DNA of 64,000 bases from Amoebidium appalachense (lineage: Eukaryota; Protista; Ichthyosporea), in NCBI GenBank assembly GCA_963693365.1, contig CAVNZM010000003.1, positions 2,010,768 through 2,074,767 of the forward strand, given 5' to 3'. The notes under the pieces were generated by a model. It did no database searches. It was given only the letters and a program-made list of their open reading frames with translations, and was not told the origin of the DNA. The position numbers and the translations under genes are program-made. Positions 42,446 to 57,156 of this stretch are shown here, piece by piece; position 1 is the stretch's first letter; every line of letters begins with the position of its first letter.

Positions 42446-45400
42446 TGTAAGAGTGAAGGAGAAAAGAGAGTGAGGGAGAGGCTCTGTCGACGTCAGTGAG
42501 TGATGAGTGACGTTAAATCTTTGATTTTCACTATGACACTGGAGCCTTGTGCAGCGCTGCCGCAGACACCGTTTTCTAGGTTTTTGTGAGCTCCTGCCCC
42601 GCAAGGCTTAATTTAACCACGAACTCTCTTTATTCTGTGTGTGTGTGGCAGTACCGTCGCATGTGTGAGGCGCCATAGGCGAACGAGCCCTAAACATGAG
42701 TCAAAGGGGAAGGGGGGGGGAGGGAGGGGGGAGGGAGAGGTGGGGGAGGGCCCCGGGGGAGGGGGGGGATCTGCACAATATATGCATTTACATGGTGACT
42801 CCTGGGCGTTTGGAGATGGGGAGAGAGGTGGGATTTTTGGACGTCTTTTCAGAGAGGGCCCCAGGGGCAGGAGGAGGGCATGAGGTGGGGTTTTGCCAAG
42901 GGCACTGGGATGGGTTGACTCAGCCTCCCCCGGGGGAGGGGAGGGGGGGGGGGGAGGGGGGGGGGGAGGGTAGACACAAGTGGCTGTGTGATGTGCATGT
43001 AGATTGTAAGCTGATGAGTACTACATATCGTAGTCCCTGTTTAGAGTTCTCAGTATTTGAAAGCCTATCGTAAGTGCTCATGCGGATATATGGGACTAAT
43101 ACTTGAAGATGTGATGGCGATGGCGCATGCACTCAATCCGCCATGGCCATCAACCATCACTGATTACAACGGGATGGTTGATGCCATACGGGTAAAGGTG
43201 GCGTTACATACAAGCAAGTTACCATGTTAAACATGGAAGGGCTAAAAATGGACAACGGCAAGAAGAATATGCACACCGGTAGGCCTAGGCCTAGGCCTCG
43301 GGTCCTTAGATTCGGTTTTGGCAGAGCACACACCGTTCGCACTCGGCCTGCCTGCGACGTGTGCAAAGCTTGGGTATTGATACCCTGAAATTGCAGAGCA
43401 AATATTATTATCAACACATCATAAAAACGGAACCGTTGTGATAACACACAAGGCGGCAGGCAATGCTCATGCAGATCTTTCGATTTGACCTCTGGAGGAA
43501 GACCACGAAAGGAAAATCCCGGGCTAAAATTGACAAAAATACACATAAAAACGACGGGCTTCTAGTAACTGCCCTGTTTTAGTCTGTTTTCCCATGAGAG
43601 CGTAGCAATACACCTGGAAGTCCGGTCATCGAGTTGTAAAAAATATACAAAAGATATACTGCAATCAAATTTGGAAATGTAAGATCAGCTGTTGATTATC
43701 GGATTTTTATGCAGCTAGATCTTCCATCGCAAAAGCGAGAAAACGGTCGATTTTTTTTCGTTTTGTACACGGGAAGTGTAAAACTTTTGAAAACTTTTAG
43801 TGGCTGCGCCAAGACTGCAGATGTGAGCAAGGGAATTCGAAGGGCTTTGTGATGAAAGGTGAATTTTGGAAACGGGAGAAAAGGAATGCTTGTTGGGTGA
43901 TTACCGGCGATCGTTGCAGAGGGAGCGAGGATTGAACCATGTTCTCATAAAGGAAAAGGCGAAGGTGGTTGGCGAGGTTAACCACTTAAGGCCCCTTAAG
44001 TCCAATACCCGACCATTTCATACCAATCACTTACCAAAAGAGGGCGGTGAAGGATCCCAAGGGAAAAGGGCTATAGAGTAGATCTAGAGGGCTTTCCTCG
44101 ACTTTCTTGTGAACTTGAACTTTACCACGCGGGCACGCACGCACACACCCACACACACACGCACGCACACGCGCACATATACGCTTATTCATTCGCATAC
44201 ATTGGCGAGCGCGCTTTCGTTTCTGATCGTCCAAGGCCATTACGAAGTTCTTCCCTCTATACGACATCTCTGAGATCCTGGGGTAATATAAGCAGAACTC
44301 GGAACAGCGGAGACGAGGTGTTCAGCGGGCCAGAACCTTTGTAAAGGTATGCAAAACCCTCTTCCACCACCTATAGTTTTTGCAACATTGAATGTCTTCC
44401 GGTTGATTTGGCCCCTAGGCTTTCTCTGAGAACCAGACAGGCAAATTTTTTTCCCCCTTGAAGCCCGACAGCATCAGTTCGGAACTTCACCCCTCTCCGT
44501 CTGAACACAGCACCTCTTTCTTTCGACATTTTCCGCTTCCTGCATGCATGATCTACCCCGATACTGGGTGTGTGTGTTGTAATGATGCGTGCGAACTCGT
44601 TACTCCAGTCCAGAATTGGCCAGTGTTGTCGGTTTGATGATAGCTTCAACTTTGGGTTCTTGTGTGTGAAGGAAGCTTTTTTCCGTAAGATACTTTCGTT
44701 GCCATATATCACCCTGCTTAGGCTATATGAGCTATGACCATAATCTCGAAGCATAAACGTAGAAACACGTGCATACATTTCCTTCCCCCCCCCCCCTCCC
44801 CCCCCCCTCCCCCCTCTCCCCCCCCCCCCCCCCCCCCGCCCTCCCCCTTGCCCCTCCCCCAACTCCCTAGCCACTCCCTTCCTCCCCCCCCCCCCCCCCT
44901 TTCCCCCCCATCTCCCTAACCCATCCCAATCCCGCCTCCCCCCTTCCCTCCCCTTCCCCCCCGCCCGTTCCCCTATAACTATAGCACACCAGGCCAAACA
45001 TTTTGGCATAAATACCCTACCTCGTATTAGCAGTGCTTTCCAGCAGTGAAAACCTTTTCTGTATTGTCCTTGCCTTATCTCAAAATATTCTCGTTATGAA
45101 TCGTGTTCATTTTTTTTCACGCACATTTGCATCTGTCGTGAATGAACAAGTCAATGACATGGTGTGGGTTTGCACACAGAATGGCTGAAACGGATACCGA
45201 TCCTCTCTGGAGGCCCACCTCTTCCAGTCCCGGAGGAAACTATGTTAGCCCTAGTGCCAACTATGGAAGCGCAAACCAAGTAGCCTACCCTCCCTCCCCT
45301 CCCCCCTCCCCTCCCCTTCCCCCCTCCCTCTTCTCCCCTCCCCCCTTCCCGACTCCCCCACCCCCTCTTTATCTATTCCCCCCCCCCCCCCCCCGTACCC

Positions 45401-46664
45401 CCCCAACAAAAGCAACTATCATTATTATGGGTTGTAAACCCCACACAAGGCAGCAAGAGGTTATTAAAGTCGAAGCCTGTTCCCTGTTTAAGAGATATAG
45501 GCGCCCCCCTGATAATTGGGCCCTTTTCAAGCATCTTCTGCCCCTTCTCTGAAATGACGTCATCCGGCCCACGGGCCTTATCAATGGTGGCCACGTCGAG
45601 TGGGTTTATTGGGGCTGTATTTTCATAGATGAGGCTCGAGTTGGCACTATGTGAGCAAAAGAACTCCGGACTTTGAACACTTGGCCTTTAAATTCATGTG
45701 TGTGTATGTGTGTGTGTTCCTTTTTGCATACCACCAAACCTCTGTCCATTGAACACTCGTTTTTGGTCCTGCACACGACCAATAGAATTCCCCTTTCCCG
45801 GATAGACATGCATCAGGGGTTGTTGGACTCGGGCGTTTTAAGTCGTATTTTGGCAAACTCCGGTGATTTTGACCCCTCCTCTCCCCTCCCCCCCTATTTC
45901 CGGCTGACATCCGGGGGCATAGCTTTCCGTTCGAAGACGATAAAGTTCCGCCCTAGTAAGCGTGTTACTACCCTGCGGCGTGGGTCAAATCTCATATTTT
46001 CCCCTCTGATTACGAATTCTGTGGCCTTCGGGACTTAATTCTTTTCAGCTGGTGTAGTATGTTAGCCAGGGAAGTATCGACTTAGGTATCGACGGGGGAG
46101 CTTCCTAGAAGCCCCGTCTCCTGAGTTCCTATCTATATTTTTCTTGCTTCTGCTTACTGCTGCAACTTTAACCCCCGGCCTTTCCCACTGCCCTTGCCTG
46201 CATAAGCAACCCTGCTCGTCTCTGATCAAGACGGGTGACCTACTCATGTTCAAGTGAAACAGTATCTGAGTTGGGTTTCGTTAACGAGGGGAATAGGTCG
46301 AAACTCGGGTACTGTGGATGACGTGGGCCCCCCCTGAGGATGGGCTCTGCTTATTATGCATACTCTTTATGTATGGCTTGCATTCTGCATCGTGTTATCC
46401 GTTTGTTCTTGTGTACTTCGTACTTTTTGACGCATTCAAAACCCCCCCTCCCTCACGGTCGTATTTACTAATTGAAAGCCTCTTTTTTATCGTATTGTGG
46501 GGTCCTCTTTGATCGTACATACGACGATTTTGAGTCGTAATACAAACGCTGAGTCATGCATACACGTGCATACGTGTTTCCACCCCACTCGGCCTTTCTG
46601 CCTTTGCTCACATCTCGGGCAGCAGAATCGTGTTGCCGTGGATCAGTTCATACGCACAGACAGT

Positions 46665-49600
46665 ATGCCCGTGCGGAGAGCAACCACATTCATGGTACGT
46701 GGTCAGTATAAACATGGTTTAAATTTTAGTTATATTTTATCTTTTATATTTTATTTCTTTTTTTTGGGGGGGGGGGGGGGGGGGGGCAGAGGGGGTTCAG
46801 TATAAACGTCAGGGTCTTTGGGTCGTTTTTTTACATTGTCATATGTGTTTTTTTTTTGTTTTTTTTTGGGGGGGGGAGGGGGGGGGGGGGGGGGGGGTAA
46901 AAGGAAAATGGTTCTCCGAGGGGACTTCTTTCCCATTTCAATCTTACAGACAGCAAACCTTCGTGGGGAGAGGCACTACGTTTATGAACATCACAGTTTT
47001 CTTGGGGAGTTTTTTTTTTTGGAATGGGCATGGAGAATTTGGGATCCGTCTTTCAGGTGTAGGGATATTGAGAGGTTTTTTTGGTTTGCTGCGGGTTCTT
47101 TTTGTTGGGGGAGAGGGGGAAAGGCGCGGCAGCGACGGGGGGCGGGGGGGGGGGGGGGGGGGAGAGGGGAGGGAAGGGGGGAGACTAAGAGGAGGGGGTT
47201 GATAGGGGTTTTGGAGTGGGAGTGCTTGTTCCCACACGGACAGGCTGTAAAGCATACTTGCACCTATAAGCGGTTGTATATACAAAGACACTCATGTACA
47301 CGGGTACGTGTTGATGCTCGTGCACATGCAAACACATAGGTGGTACTTGCTGGAAACAAACTGGGAAAGAAGCTTGGTGGTTTGGTAGGGTTTATCACAT
47401 ACGTATACGCGCATGCACTCTCGCACACACGCAGGCACGCACGCACGTACGCACGCACACACACACACACACACAGACACACACACGCTCACACACGAAA
47501 ACACCAGCACGTACACACACATACGCACCCACACACTCAGCAACACTCAGGGTTTGCGTACACAAACATATGCACGCTCACATGCCTCATATATAGTGAC
47601 ACAACAACATTCACACCGACACATCCTCACCACGCAACATTCCTCCCCCCCCCCCCCCCCCCCACCCCCCCCCCCCCCCCCCCCACCCCCCCCCCTCTCT
47701 CTTTCCCCCCCCCCCCCCCCCCCCCCCCCCCCACTTTTCCAACAAACCAACCAATCACACCCCGACTTACACAGGGACCGATCCGCAACCCCGACCAATG
47801 GGGCAAGCTCTTTATGACATTCTTCTCTGCCGAGGCCATTGCCGTGGTTGGGCTCTGTGCCTATCGCCTGTACAAGTCTATCCCCATCACGGATGCGACA
47901 AGGAGTGACTTTGTCTACACCGTGTGTTTGCTTCTTAACATACGTGTGTAGTCCTGTACCCCCCTCCCCCCCCAAGCCCGCCCTCCCCCCTCCCCCCTCC
48001 TTCTCAACGTACGTGTGTGGTCTTGAAAACCCCCCTTCCCCTCCCCCTCCCCCCCCCTCCCCTTGATTATTTTCCGAACTCTTAATATACTTTGGACCTT
48101 GCATGGTGAATTACGTCATGAATGTGTGCTTCATACCAGATAATACATTTTTCTTCCCTCTCCCCCCCCCCTCCCCCTCTCCCTCTCCTCCCCATATGCA
48201 TACATCCCCCCCCCCCCCCCCCCCCCCCCTACCCAAGGCTATCATATTCCCCCGGGACTCTGTTCAGGTGTCTTCTGCCCGCACCCTTCTCATTTTTGTG
48301 ACGTTTTTGCTTTTGCTCTTTGTTGTCTCCTCCATATTTCCAAACCCCTAACGCATACATGACGCCCACCCCTCCCCATCTTCCTCAGCCTCTCCCCCCC
48401 CCACCCCCCCTTTTTTCTTCTACTGCCCGCACACACACACCTTCCACTATCCGTACTGACCACTGTTTGCAGCGTTCTGCCTATACTACTGCATCCACGG
48501 CACCCTTCGAGAGAGACACGTGGAGCTGTATGCATTTGTCTGCGCCACCCTCCTAGTCACCGCATATGTCTTTTACCAGGTACATTTACTATTCCCCCCC
48601 TCCCCCCCCCCTCTCCCTCCCCCCCCCTCTCTCATTCCGCTCACACCCATACACCACAACACCCGGCGTTCTTCGACAGCCGGGCATGCACATGCACGGA
48701 CGCACACACATAGGCACGTACACGCCCATCAGTGACCCAAGCTCGCCCACCAACACCCACATACATACCCCCCTCCCCCCCCCATTTCCCCCGTCCCCTC
48801 GCTCAGCCTCCACCTCTCACACCTTATCCCTTTGTCCTCTCCCCGGTCCTGTGAGGATGGGCTCCATGTGCACCTATGATGCATTCTCGTTGTGTTTGCC
48901 TATTTGTTTCGTGCACATGTATGCATTTGTGCTGTCCGATGCATGAATGTTTTTTTTTTATTTTTTTAAAAAAAATATTAACAGTCCAACCCTCCTCACT
49001 GTTCACCTCCCCCCCCCCCCCCCCCCCCCCCCACCTCCCTCCCTCCCGCCTCCGTCCCCATTCCTTCCTTCCCCATCCCCCTGCCACTCCCATTCGTCCC
49101 CCGTCCTCCCCATCCCCCACATTCCCAGCACTTCCCTCCCCCCCCCCCTCTTCTCCCCCTCCCCTCCCCTCTCCCCCCCCCCCCCCTCCCCCTCCCCTCG
49201 CCCCTCCCCTCCCCCCCCCCCTTTCCCCCCCTCCCCCTGCCTCCCTCTCCTCCCCTCCCCTCCCATCCCCCTCCTTCCCCTCCTCCCACCCCCCTCTCCC
49301 CATCCCCCCCTCCTACCCCCCTCTCCCCCCTTTCCCGCTCTTCAGTACTTCACAGAGCAACATGAAGGCATGAGTGACCCCACGAGTCGCAGCCACCTCG
49401 TACGTCTAGCGGTGGTGTGTGTGTGTGAGCCCGTGAACCTGGTCTTGGCCCTGGCAGTGGCTAACAGGTTTGGTTGGGTCAGCTTCATGACTGTCGGGGG
49501 TGACTCGGTGCTTGCCGGTACATGTGTTTTCTCTCTCTCTCTCTCAATCTCCCTCCCTCCCTCTCAACCTCCCTCCGTCCCTCCATCCCGCCCTCCCTCC

Positions 49601-50634
49601 CTCCCCCCCCCCCCCCTCCCCCCCCCCCCCCCCCCCCCTCTCTCTCTCTCTCTCTATCCCCCCCCCCCCCCCCACACACACACACATACACACATTCATT
49701 CACATTTTCACGCACTCTGCCTCTCCTGTCACTCTTTCTCCTCCCTTCCCTCACACCCATTAAACGCCTCCACCATAGCTTCTTTCCTAACCACCCATCC
49801 CTTTTTCCTACTCCACGGCACCCCCTCTCGCTCCCCTCCCCTCGCACTCTCATCCTCGTTTCCTCCCTCCTTCCCTCCCTCTCTCCCTCCCTCCCTCCCC
49901 CCTCGCTCCCTCCCTGCTCCCTCCCTCCCTTTCTCCGTCTCTCACTTTTTTTTGCCTCGGCCGGAAGCAGGCAGAAAGTGGATGGGAACGGAAAGGTGGG
50001 GGGGGGGGGAGGGGGGGGGGGGGGGGGGTAATTGAGGTTGTGTGTTTGAGCCAATTTTCGCTGTTATTACTAAGGTGGAAATGGGGTGGATGAAGGTGAT
50101 GGTGGTTGGGTGGTGGGGAGAGGGGCAAGGGGGGATGTGGGGTGGTGTGTGTGTGTGTGTGTGTTTGGGGGGGGGGGGGGGGGAGGGGAGGGGGGGAGGG
50201 GGAGAGGGGGAGGAAGGGGTGGTTGGGCAAGGGGAGGAGGTGGGGGGAGGGGGGGGGGGGAGGAGGGGGGACATGCAAACCACCCACACAAAACACTGAA
50301 AAGGCGACTCCAAGGAAACAACACATAATTGAGCCAGGGGAGGTTGTTGTGTTTTCACGTGTTCATGTTGCGCGCACACACTTACCTACCTGCAAGCGCT
50401 TACTTACAATTAGTTACACAAGCGCGCACAAGCCACATGCATACACACACACACACTTGCGCTTGGCACACCCAAACACACACACACACATACACACGCA
50501 GGCACGTAGGCACGCACGCGCGCGTGCGCGCCGCACACACGCGCACACACGCACACACACACAGAGAGAGGGGGGGGGGGGGCTGCTCCTTGTATTCACA
50601 TCATTTGCTAACGTTCTTCTTCTTTTTCTTTCTC

Positions 50635-50668
<34 letters not shown>

Positions 50669-50809
50669 TTCCCCCCCCCCCTTTTTTTTTTGTCCCCCAG
50701 GGATGTGGCACACATACTGTGTGTTCTTCTCTCTGCTCAAGGTCAACCTACAGACCGCACTCACATTCATCCTCATCAGCTTCTTCTCCCAGGTAACTGC
50801 TTCATCACA

Positions 50810-50849
<40 letters not shown>

Positions 50850-51028
50850 TCCCCCTTCTCCGTGTCAATGCTTGCCTATTTGCCACCCTCGAATGCACTC
50901 CCCCCCCCCCCCCCCCCTCTTCTTGCGGTGCTTGCCGCTGATTCGATTGTCGCATTCTCCCCTCCCCCATCTTGCCCCCCCCCCCCCCCCCCCCCCCCTC
51001 CCTCTCTTCCCTTCTTCCTCCCTCTGTC

Positions 51029-51073
<45 letters not shown>

Positions 51074-51426
51074 CCCCCCCCCCCCCCCCGCCAAAAAAAA
51101 AAAAAAAAAAAAAAAAAAGGGATTGTCGTATCACATGTTTTAGAATAAACATGGTGGGTGGTGGGGTGGTGGTGGTGTTAACCCTGCTTGTGAGCCGTGG
51201 GTGGGCATGCCCTGGTAGTGGGGAAGAGGTAGATGGGTAGGAGGGTGGGTGTGTTTGCGGTGCGCATTTTTTTTTTTTTTTTTTTTTTTTTTTTGGGGGG
51301 GGGGGGAGGGGGGGTTTGGTTTCGTAAAGGAACCCTGTTTTTATGCTCACGAAGCGTGTGTGATTGTGTGTGTGTGCGCGCGCGTGTTTGTGCGTATTTG
51401 TGCATGTCTCTCTGTGTGTGTGCTTG

Positions 51427-51462
<36 letters not shown>

Positions 51463-51904
51463 GGAGGAGTCGGGGGGGGGGGGGGAGGGGGGAGATGGCG
51501 AGGGCTGGGTGGGTGGAGGGGGGAGGGGGGGGGGGGGGGGGGGGGGGATTTCCACAGGAATCATTACCAGTACGTCTACGTGCACGATTCACACCACTCA
51601 CTATAATTTTGTGTTATTGTGCAGGGTCAAACGTTCCCCTTTGAGTGGGTGGTCGAGACGTGTGTTCTATTCTTCCTCCTGCTGAGCTTCGGCCTGGCAA
51701 GCTATGTGGTGAGTAACCCCCCCCCCCTCCCCCCCCCCCCCCCCCCCCCCATGTGTCCTGGCAGTGTTTCTTGTTGTGTAGTTAGTTGTACTTCGTACCG
51801 TGCTCGTTTCTAATTTCCCCCTCCCCCCAATTCATTTTCGTAACGTTTTGTTGTTGCCCTCTGATGTCCCCTCCATATTTCCAACCCTAACGCATACAAC
51901 AACA

Positions 51905-51974
<70 letters not shown>

Positions 51975-52744
51975 TTCGGCCTTTGATGATGCATATTTGG
52001 TAGATCGGGATAAACACCTGGACTGCCAGGAATCTATCAATATGCATCTATCATGTTTTTTGTAATGGGCCCACTAGTCTTTCTTCTGGTTCCGATCTTA
52101 GAATGTCACTTGTAACAGTTTGAATGTGGGTGGTTCGGCTGCATACTCCCTCTCATAAAAGTGTAGGCCAGCCAATGACATTCGCACGTTAAAAATATCA
52201 AAAAAAGACTTTTAGCCAATCTGCTGAGTCAAATGTAGCTTTCTGCAGGCATTTAGCAAGTGTACGCTGCCTGGCCAGTGGCATGTTTTCTCTTTGTGGC
52301 AGTTGAGATCAACTAATTACAACACAGAGGTCCCTCACGTATTGATACACCCCCTTTTTTTTGCCAAAAGTGCATCAATACGTGTGGTGTATCAATACGC
52401 GAACGTCAGTTTAATTAGTAAATTACCATAGATGGTGTCCCGCTTAGTGTTTACACTGAGTATAGAGGGGAATCTAACGGTCCCTCTACATAATTGTGCA
52501 GGGTGGGCAGTGTATCAATAGAAAAAAAGATATAATTGGGCACGTGCCATACTAAAAATAGCATCCCCATACAGTTCCCGGGTGAGCGATCCAGCTGCCT
52601 GTTTCCATTTATGGCAGTGATGCTGGTGCAGCCCGGCTACATTGTGTGGAAGGTTCTACAGGCTTCCGTGTTCTTCCCTGACTCGTACACCCTGTTCGTG
52701 CGTCTGCCCATCTTCGTCGTGGGTACGTCCCTTCCCCCCCCCCC

Positions 52745-52775
<31 letters not shown>

Positions 52776-53529
52776 CTACACCCACCACCACCACCACCAA
52801 AACACACACATTGACACACAACTGAGCTTCGGTTCTTAGCAACCCACAAGCTCCTTGATGACCCCCTCCCCCCCCCCCCCCCCCCCCTGCCCCTGGGTGG
52901 GGAGGGGGGGGGGGGGGAACTGGATAAAAAGGAAACTGACTTTTCCCCATCTCCCATGCAGGCGGGGTGTCGTTTCTCCTGTACATGCTGACAGTCATCT
53001 ACGGCATCATTGTGTGGAGAAACTTCGGCAGCGGGCTGTATGAGAGATGTACGTGTATATGTGCAGACGCACACCCATCGCATGCAGGCGTACACGAACA
53101 CGCACAAGTGCAGCCACACAACAAAAGCATGCAGGCAAACTTGTGCACACATTAGCACATGCACACTCACATACCTCCACACGTGTGCTGAGTATCGTGA
53201 AGCTCACGTGTACATGCAGCCTGGTATGAGGTGCATGGATGCAGGCATGTACAGGTGTGCAGATGTACACAAACATGCATGGATACGGGAACGCTTTAAT
53301 GCCCAATCGCGCACATACGCGCACATGCTTGACACACACACAAAGTAGGAAAGAGAGGGTGTGGATACTTGGGGTGTGGATACTTCTCTAATCTGTGTAT
53401 GTGCGCATGCGTGTGTACTGATGTACTAATGATGGTGTGTTCGTCTGTGTGCTCACGTACCGTAACCAGCTCTCTCTCTCACGGTCCCGGTAATTCTCAC
53501 ACACGCATGCACGCACACACACACACACA

Positions 53530-53570
<41 letters not shown>

Positions 53571-53692
53571 TCTGTTTCCTTTTTGCGCCGGTGTTGGGAA
53601 GAAAACCTTTGTGCGCGCGCGCGCGCATGTGTGTGTGTGTGTGTGTGTATTTTTGTGTGTGTGTGCGTGCGCGCACGAGGCGTGTGCCTGTG

Positions 53693-53769
<77 letters not shown>

Positions 53770-53865
53770 CGCGGGTGTGTGTGAACGCGGGTGTGTGTGT
53801 GTTGGGGGGGAGTCGGTCACTTTTTTTTCTTGCTTCTTCTGACCTCTATTTCCACAGTGCATTGA
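46665..53865 (+). CDS. Eight-TM membrane protein with an internal 4+4 duplication, UPF0658-like (about 298 aa)
   Basis: Exons 46665-46694, 47775-47943, 48473-48579, 49346-49517, 50701-50792, 51625-51708, 52575-52722, 52962-53048 and 53858-53865 join in phase without stops. Motifs FCLYYCIHGTLRERHVEL, RFGWVSFMTVGGD..MW..F.SLLKVNLQ and VWRNFGSGL resemble FGW..vGad..MY..LLKfD and NFG.GL of UPF0658-type proteins. The start codon is uncertain. Confidence 0.85.
52336..52520. mobile_element. Possible MITE/DNA-transposon remnant with short inverted repeats (intron 6 of the 8-TM gene)
   Basis: cacgtattgatacac (52336-52350) pairs 14/15 with gtgcatcaatacgtg (52370-52384). Further copies are gtgtatcaatacg (52387-52399) and gtgtatcaata (52510-52520). 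This intron is AT-rich, unlike its neighbours. Confidence 0.35.
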
Positions 53866-56095
53866 AAGTTGTGAAAAGAAAGACGCCACGAGCCATTGCA
53901 AAACAGCCACGAGAGGAGGGGAGGCACCATGAACACAAAACACGTGAGTCGCGAAAATTAGGCTTGTATCATCGAATCATTGATAGGTTTTTCGTTAAAA
54001 TGTAGCCTAAGCTGGTGTGATACGGTGGGTGCTGTCTTTCTTCTGCACCCCATATGCAAATATCGTGTTCTTCTTGTATAATAATAATGTTGGTATCCCA
54101 CTTGAAGGAACTACGTGCTATTTCTTCACATCCACACACAACACTGTTGCACCCCCATTCCTTGCACCCAGACATGTGTAGTGTTAATCTTTGCACAAGC
54201 CAGCAAATACACACTCACTGAGACCTGCTGCACGCATGAACATATGGTGAAACGGCAAATCATGAATCCCCCCCCCCCCTCCACACACACACACACACAC
54301 ACACAGACCCCCATAAGATCCTCTTTTCAAACCTGTGTTTGTGAACAAATAGGCGCACATCCGCGCGCACACCCAATCTCTCTGACACACGGGGGCATTC
54401 GAAAGATAAAGATAATGGGTGTTAGCCACGAATAGCAAAAGCCCTATCCCATGAGTGTCTTGTTTTGTTGGCTTTTGCAACGGCTTCCAACTTTACATAA
54501 CACTGAAGATATTACTTTCTCCAGACTGAGAGGGAGGCTAGTCAGTGCTTCTGGTTCAAGAAAATTGGAATATAGTGTGTGTGTGTGTGTGTGTGATATC
54601 CTAGGTACTCCTTTATATATACGGTTGCTGGCCAACCTATGTTAAAACCAATAGTATAAGTCTACCACTATATTAAGACAGCACAGCGACACTCAAATGT
54701 GATGTACACCGGAACGGTTGACCCTTTGTATCCGTGTGCACGCTTATTTGACTATGTGTACTTTGTGTTCGACGGACGTGTGTGTGCTCTGTGCGTACGT
54801 GCATGCGTGGGTGTATGTATGTGTGTGTGTGTGTGTGTGTGTGTACGTGTGTGTGCGCGTGTATGTGTTTCCGTGCGCGTTGGTGGTTACAGTAATCAAA
54901 TAGTGGCGTCTGTGTGTGCAGCATTTGCAATAGTTTTGGTGCCTGCAAGCTCCTACAGTCACTGTTGATGCCTTCTCCACGCGTGAAATGCAATCAATCA
55001 AAGATCTACATGTGCTTGGTGAATGCATTTATGGGTTGCCATTTTTTGCCTGAGAGATGCTGGTGTGGCAATTACTTGCAGTTGTTGATTTCTTTTGTCA
55101 CCTGTGTCATATATGCATACAGAGATGGATTTGCCATGCTGCAATTGCAAAGCCCACCTGCAAATTTGCGAGTACATATGTCGCTTCAAACATGTTAACA
55201 TACAGGTTTGATCAGTTACATATATAATTTGTAAGCATGCGCTCTCCGGGGCACGCAATATGGCCGCACGCATGCGCGCGCGGTGAATGCAATGGATTGA
55301 CGGGTGTTTCAAAGCGGCAGGGGTATCTTGTCTAGCTGGACGAAGGATCGGCGCAAGCTAAACACAAAGTACATGGTAATAGGGCTTTGGTTTGGTTGAC
55401 AATCCTCTGCCGACTAAAACCGGTGGAAACACAACTGACACCATCATGGAACATGGGAACATCACCTGCAGCCTGCAGCTGCCACGCAGAGTCACCAGGC
55501 CAGAGCTTCATGAGCCGCCGCGCCAAGGCAAGGTTATATTTGTCGAATCAAATCGTTTTATTATATTTTACTTTCGACGTCACCAATCAACAGCGTTGCC
55601 GCGCATTTCTCAACATTTCAAACGCCTCGATCAAAACCGTTGACACCGTGCACGTTACAGCCTGCCAGCCAGCTTCCCAGTGTGACCCGAGTTCTAAATA
55701 CTGAAATAGGTGGCGATATAGGTAAACTGTGAAGAAAGTGATAGGCGTAGAAGAACAGTGCTCAGGTGTATGAGGCTGTTTTATAGTCCTGTCTGAGACG
55801 CAAAGTTCCTGAGTTATATAAAGTGCAGCTCAGAGGTGAGTAAGCGGAAGATCCTCACAGTGCGAAGGGAGCAGACAGGAACTTTTGTGCTTTCTGTCTG
55901 CTATTCGGATCGAGAAAAACCCTCGTGCCATTTTTGCATGGATCTCATCCGAACCCTCCTTGGTGCATTGTCTGGCGAAAATCTTGCGTTGGTTTGGCTG
56001 TTCACACTCCACTTCTCATCTTCTTCCTCCTGTCCCTTCCCGTTACACTCTGGTTTGCGTTGGCCCTAACCACTCTTCATTTTTACAGTGGCAGC

Positions 56096-56822
56096 ATGGG
56101 GATAAACGACAAAGAAAACAGGGCACCCGTCATGGGCACGCCCCAGCGAAAGACCCCAGTTTCCGCTAGCGGGCTGGTCTGCACAACACCCAGGGGTACT
56201 CCCATCAGGCCTAAAACAACACCACGGAGCATATCAAAGAATAGCCACCAGGTTAGTGTTTCCGCTCGTTTTTTTCGTTTCCAGAAAGGGGGAAGGATAA
56301 AGAATGGGCAGAAAAGAAAGGAGGAAAGGGTGGAATGAAGATTAACAAGTTGCTGTTGTCTCGAATTATTGGTGTTATAAGTGGGGCAAGAGCTTTATGC
56401 TTCTGCGTCAGACAAAGCTTTTTTTTAATAGCTAAGCCTAGCCTCTGTGTGACGGGCAAGACATGTCAGAGCAACGATGTAGCTCCTTATTATGTATCGT
56501 CTCCAAACCCAGGCTTTGCACTTCAATTCCGCTAACACATAAACACTATGCCTTCGATGCATCTGCACTAGACAACCTGGATTCGCCCATTGTTTCTTCT
56601 GTATGGTGCAAGCACGAACCAAAGCCCGGTGGGTTTTTCTTGTCCTGTGTTACTTAGGTCTCTACGAGAACCCGGATCCCCAACACACTGGTTCAGACGG
56701 TATAGGCGAAGCTGCATGGTTGCAGCACACAACTACACCCTTTCTCATCACTTGCCGCCAACGAAACTCTAACGCCCTCCCCCACCACCACACGCACACA
56801 CACACACATACACGCGCGCGCG

Positions 56823-56854
<32 letters not shown>

Positions 56855-57113
56855 CACACACCACCCTGCAGGTGCTAGAGTGGGAACGAGAGCTGGAACA
56901 ATACCAGCAGAAGATTGCTGAGCTCAAAGCAAAGATTGAAGGCAGCACCCACGAGGTCTTGAAAGATCTGAATGTGAACGTGGAAGATGAGCACGCAGGC
57001 AGAGAGATCATCAAGGACCTCATGTTGGTCGACAAGGTGTGTGCGTGTGTTTGTGTGGGTGGGTGGGTGGGTGGGTGTGGGTGGGTGGTGATGTGTGTGT
57101 TTGGGTGGGTGTA

Positions 57114-57156
<43 letters not shown>

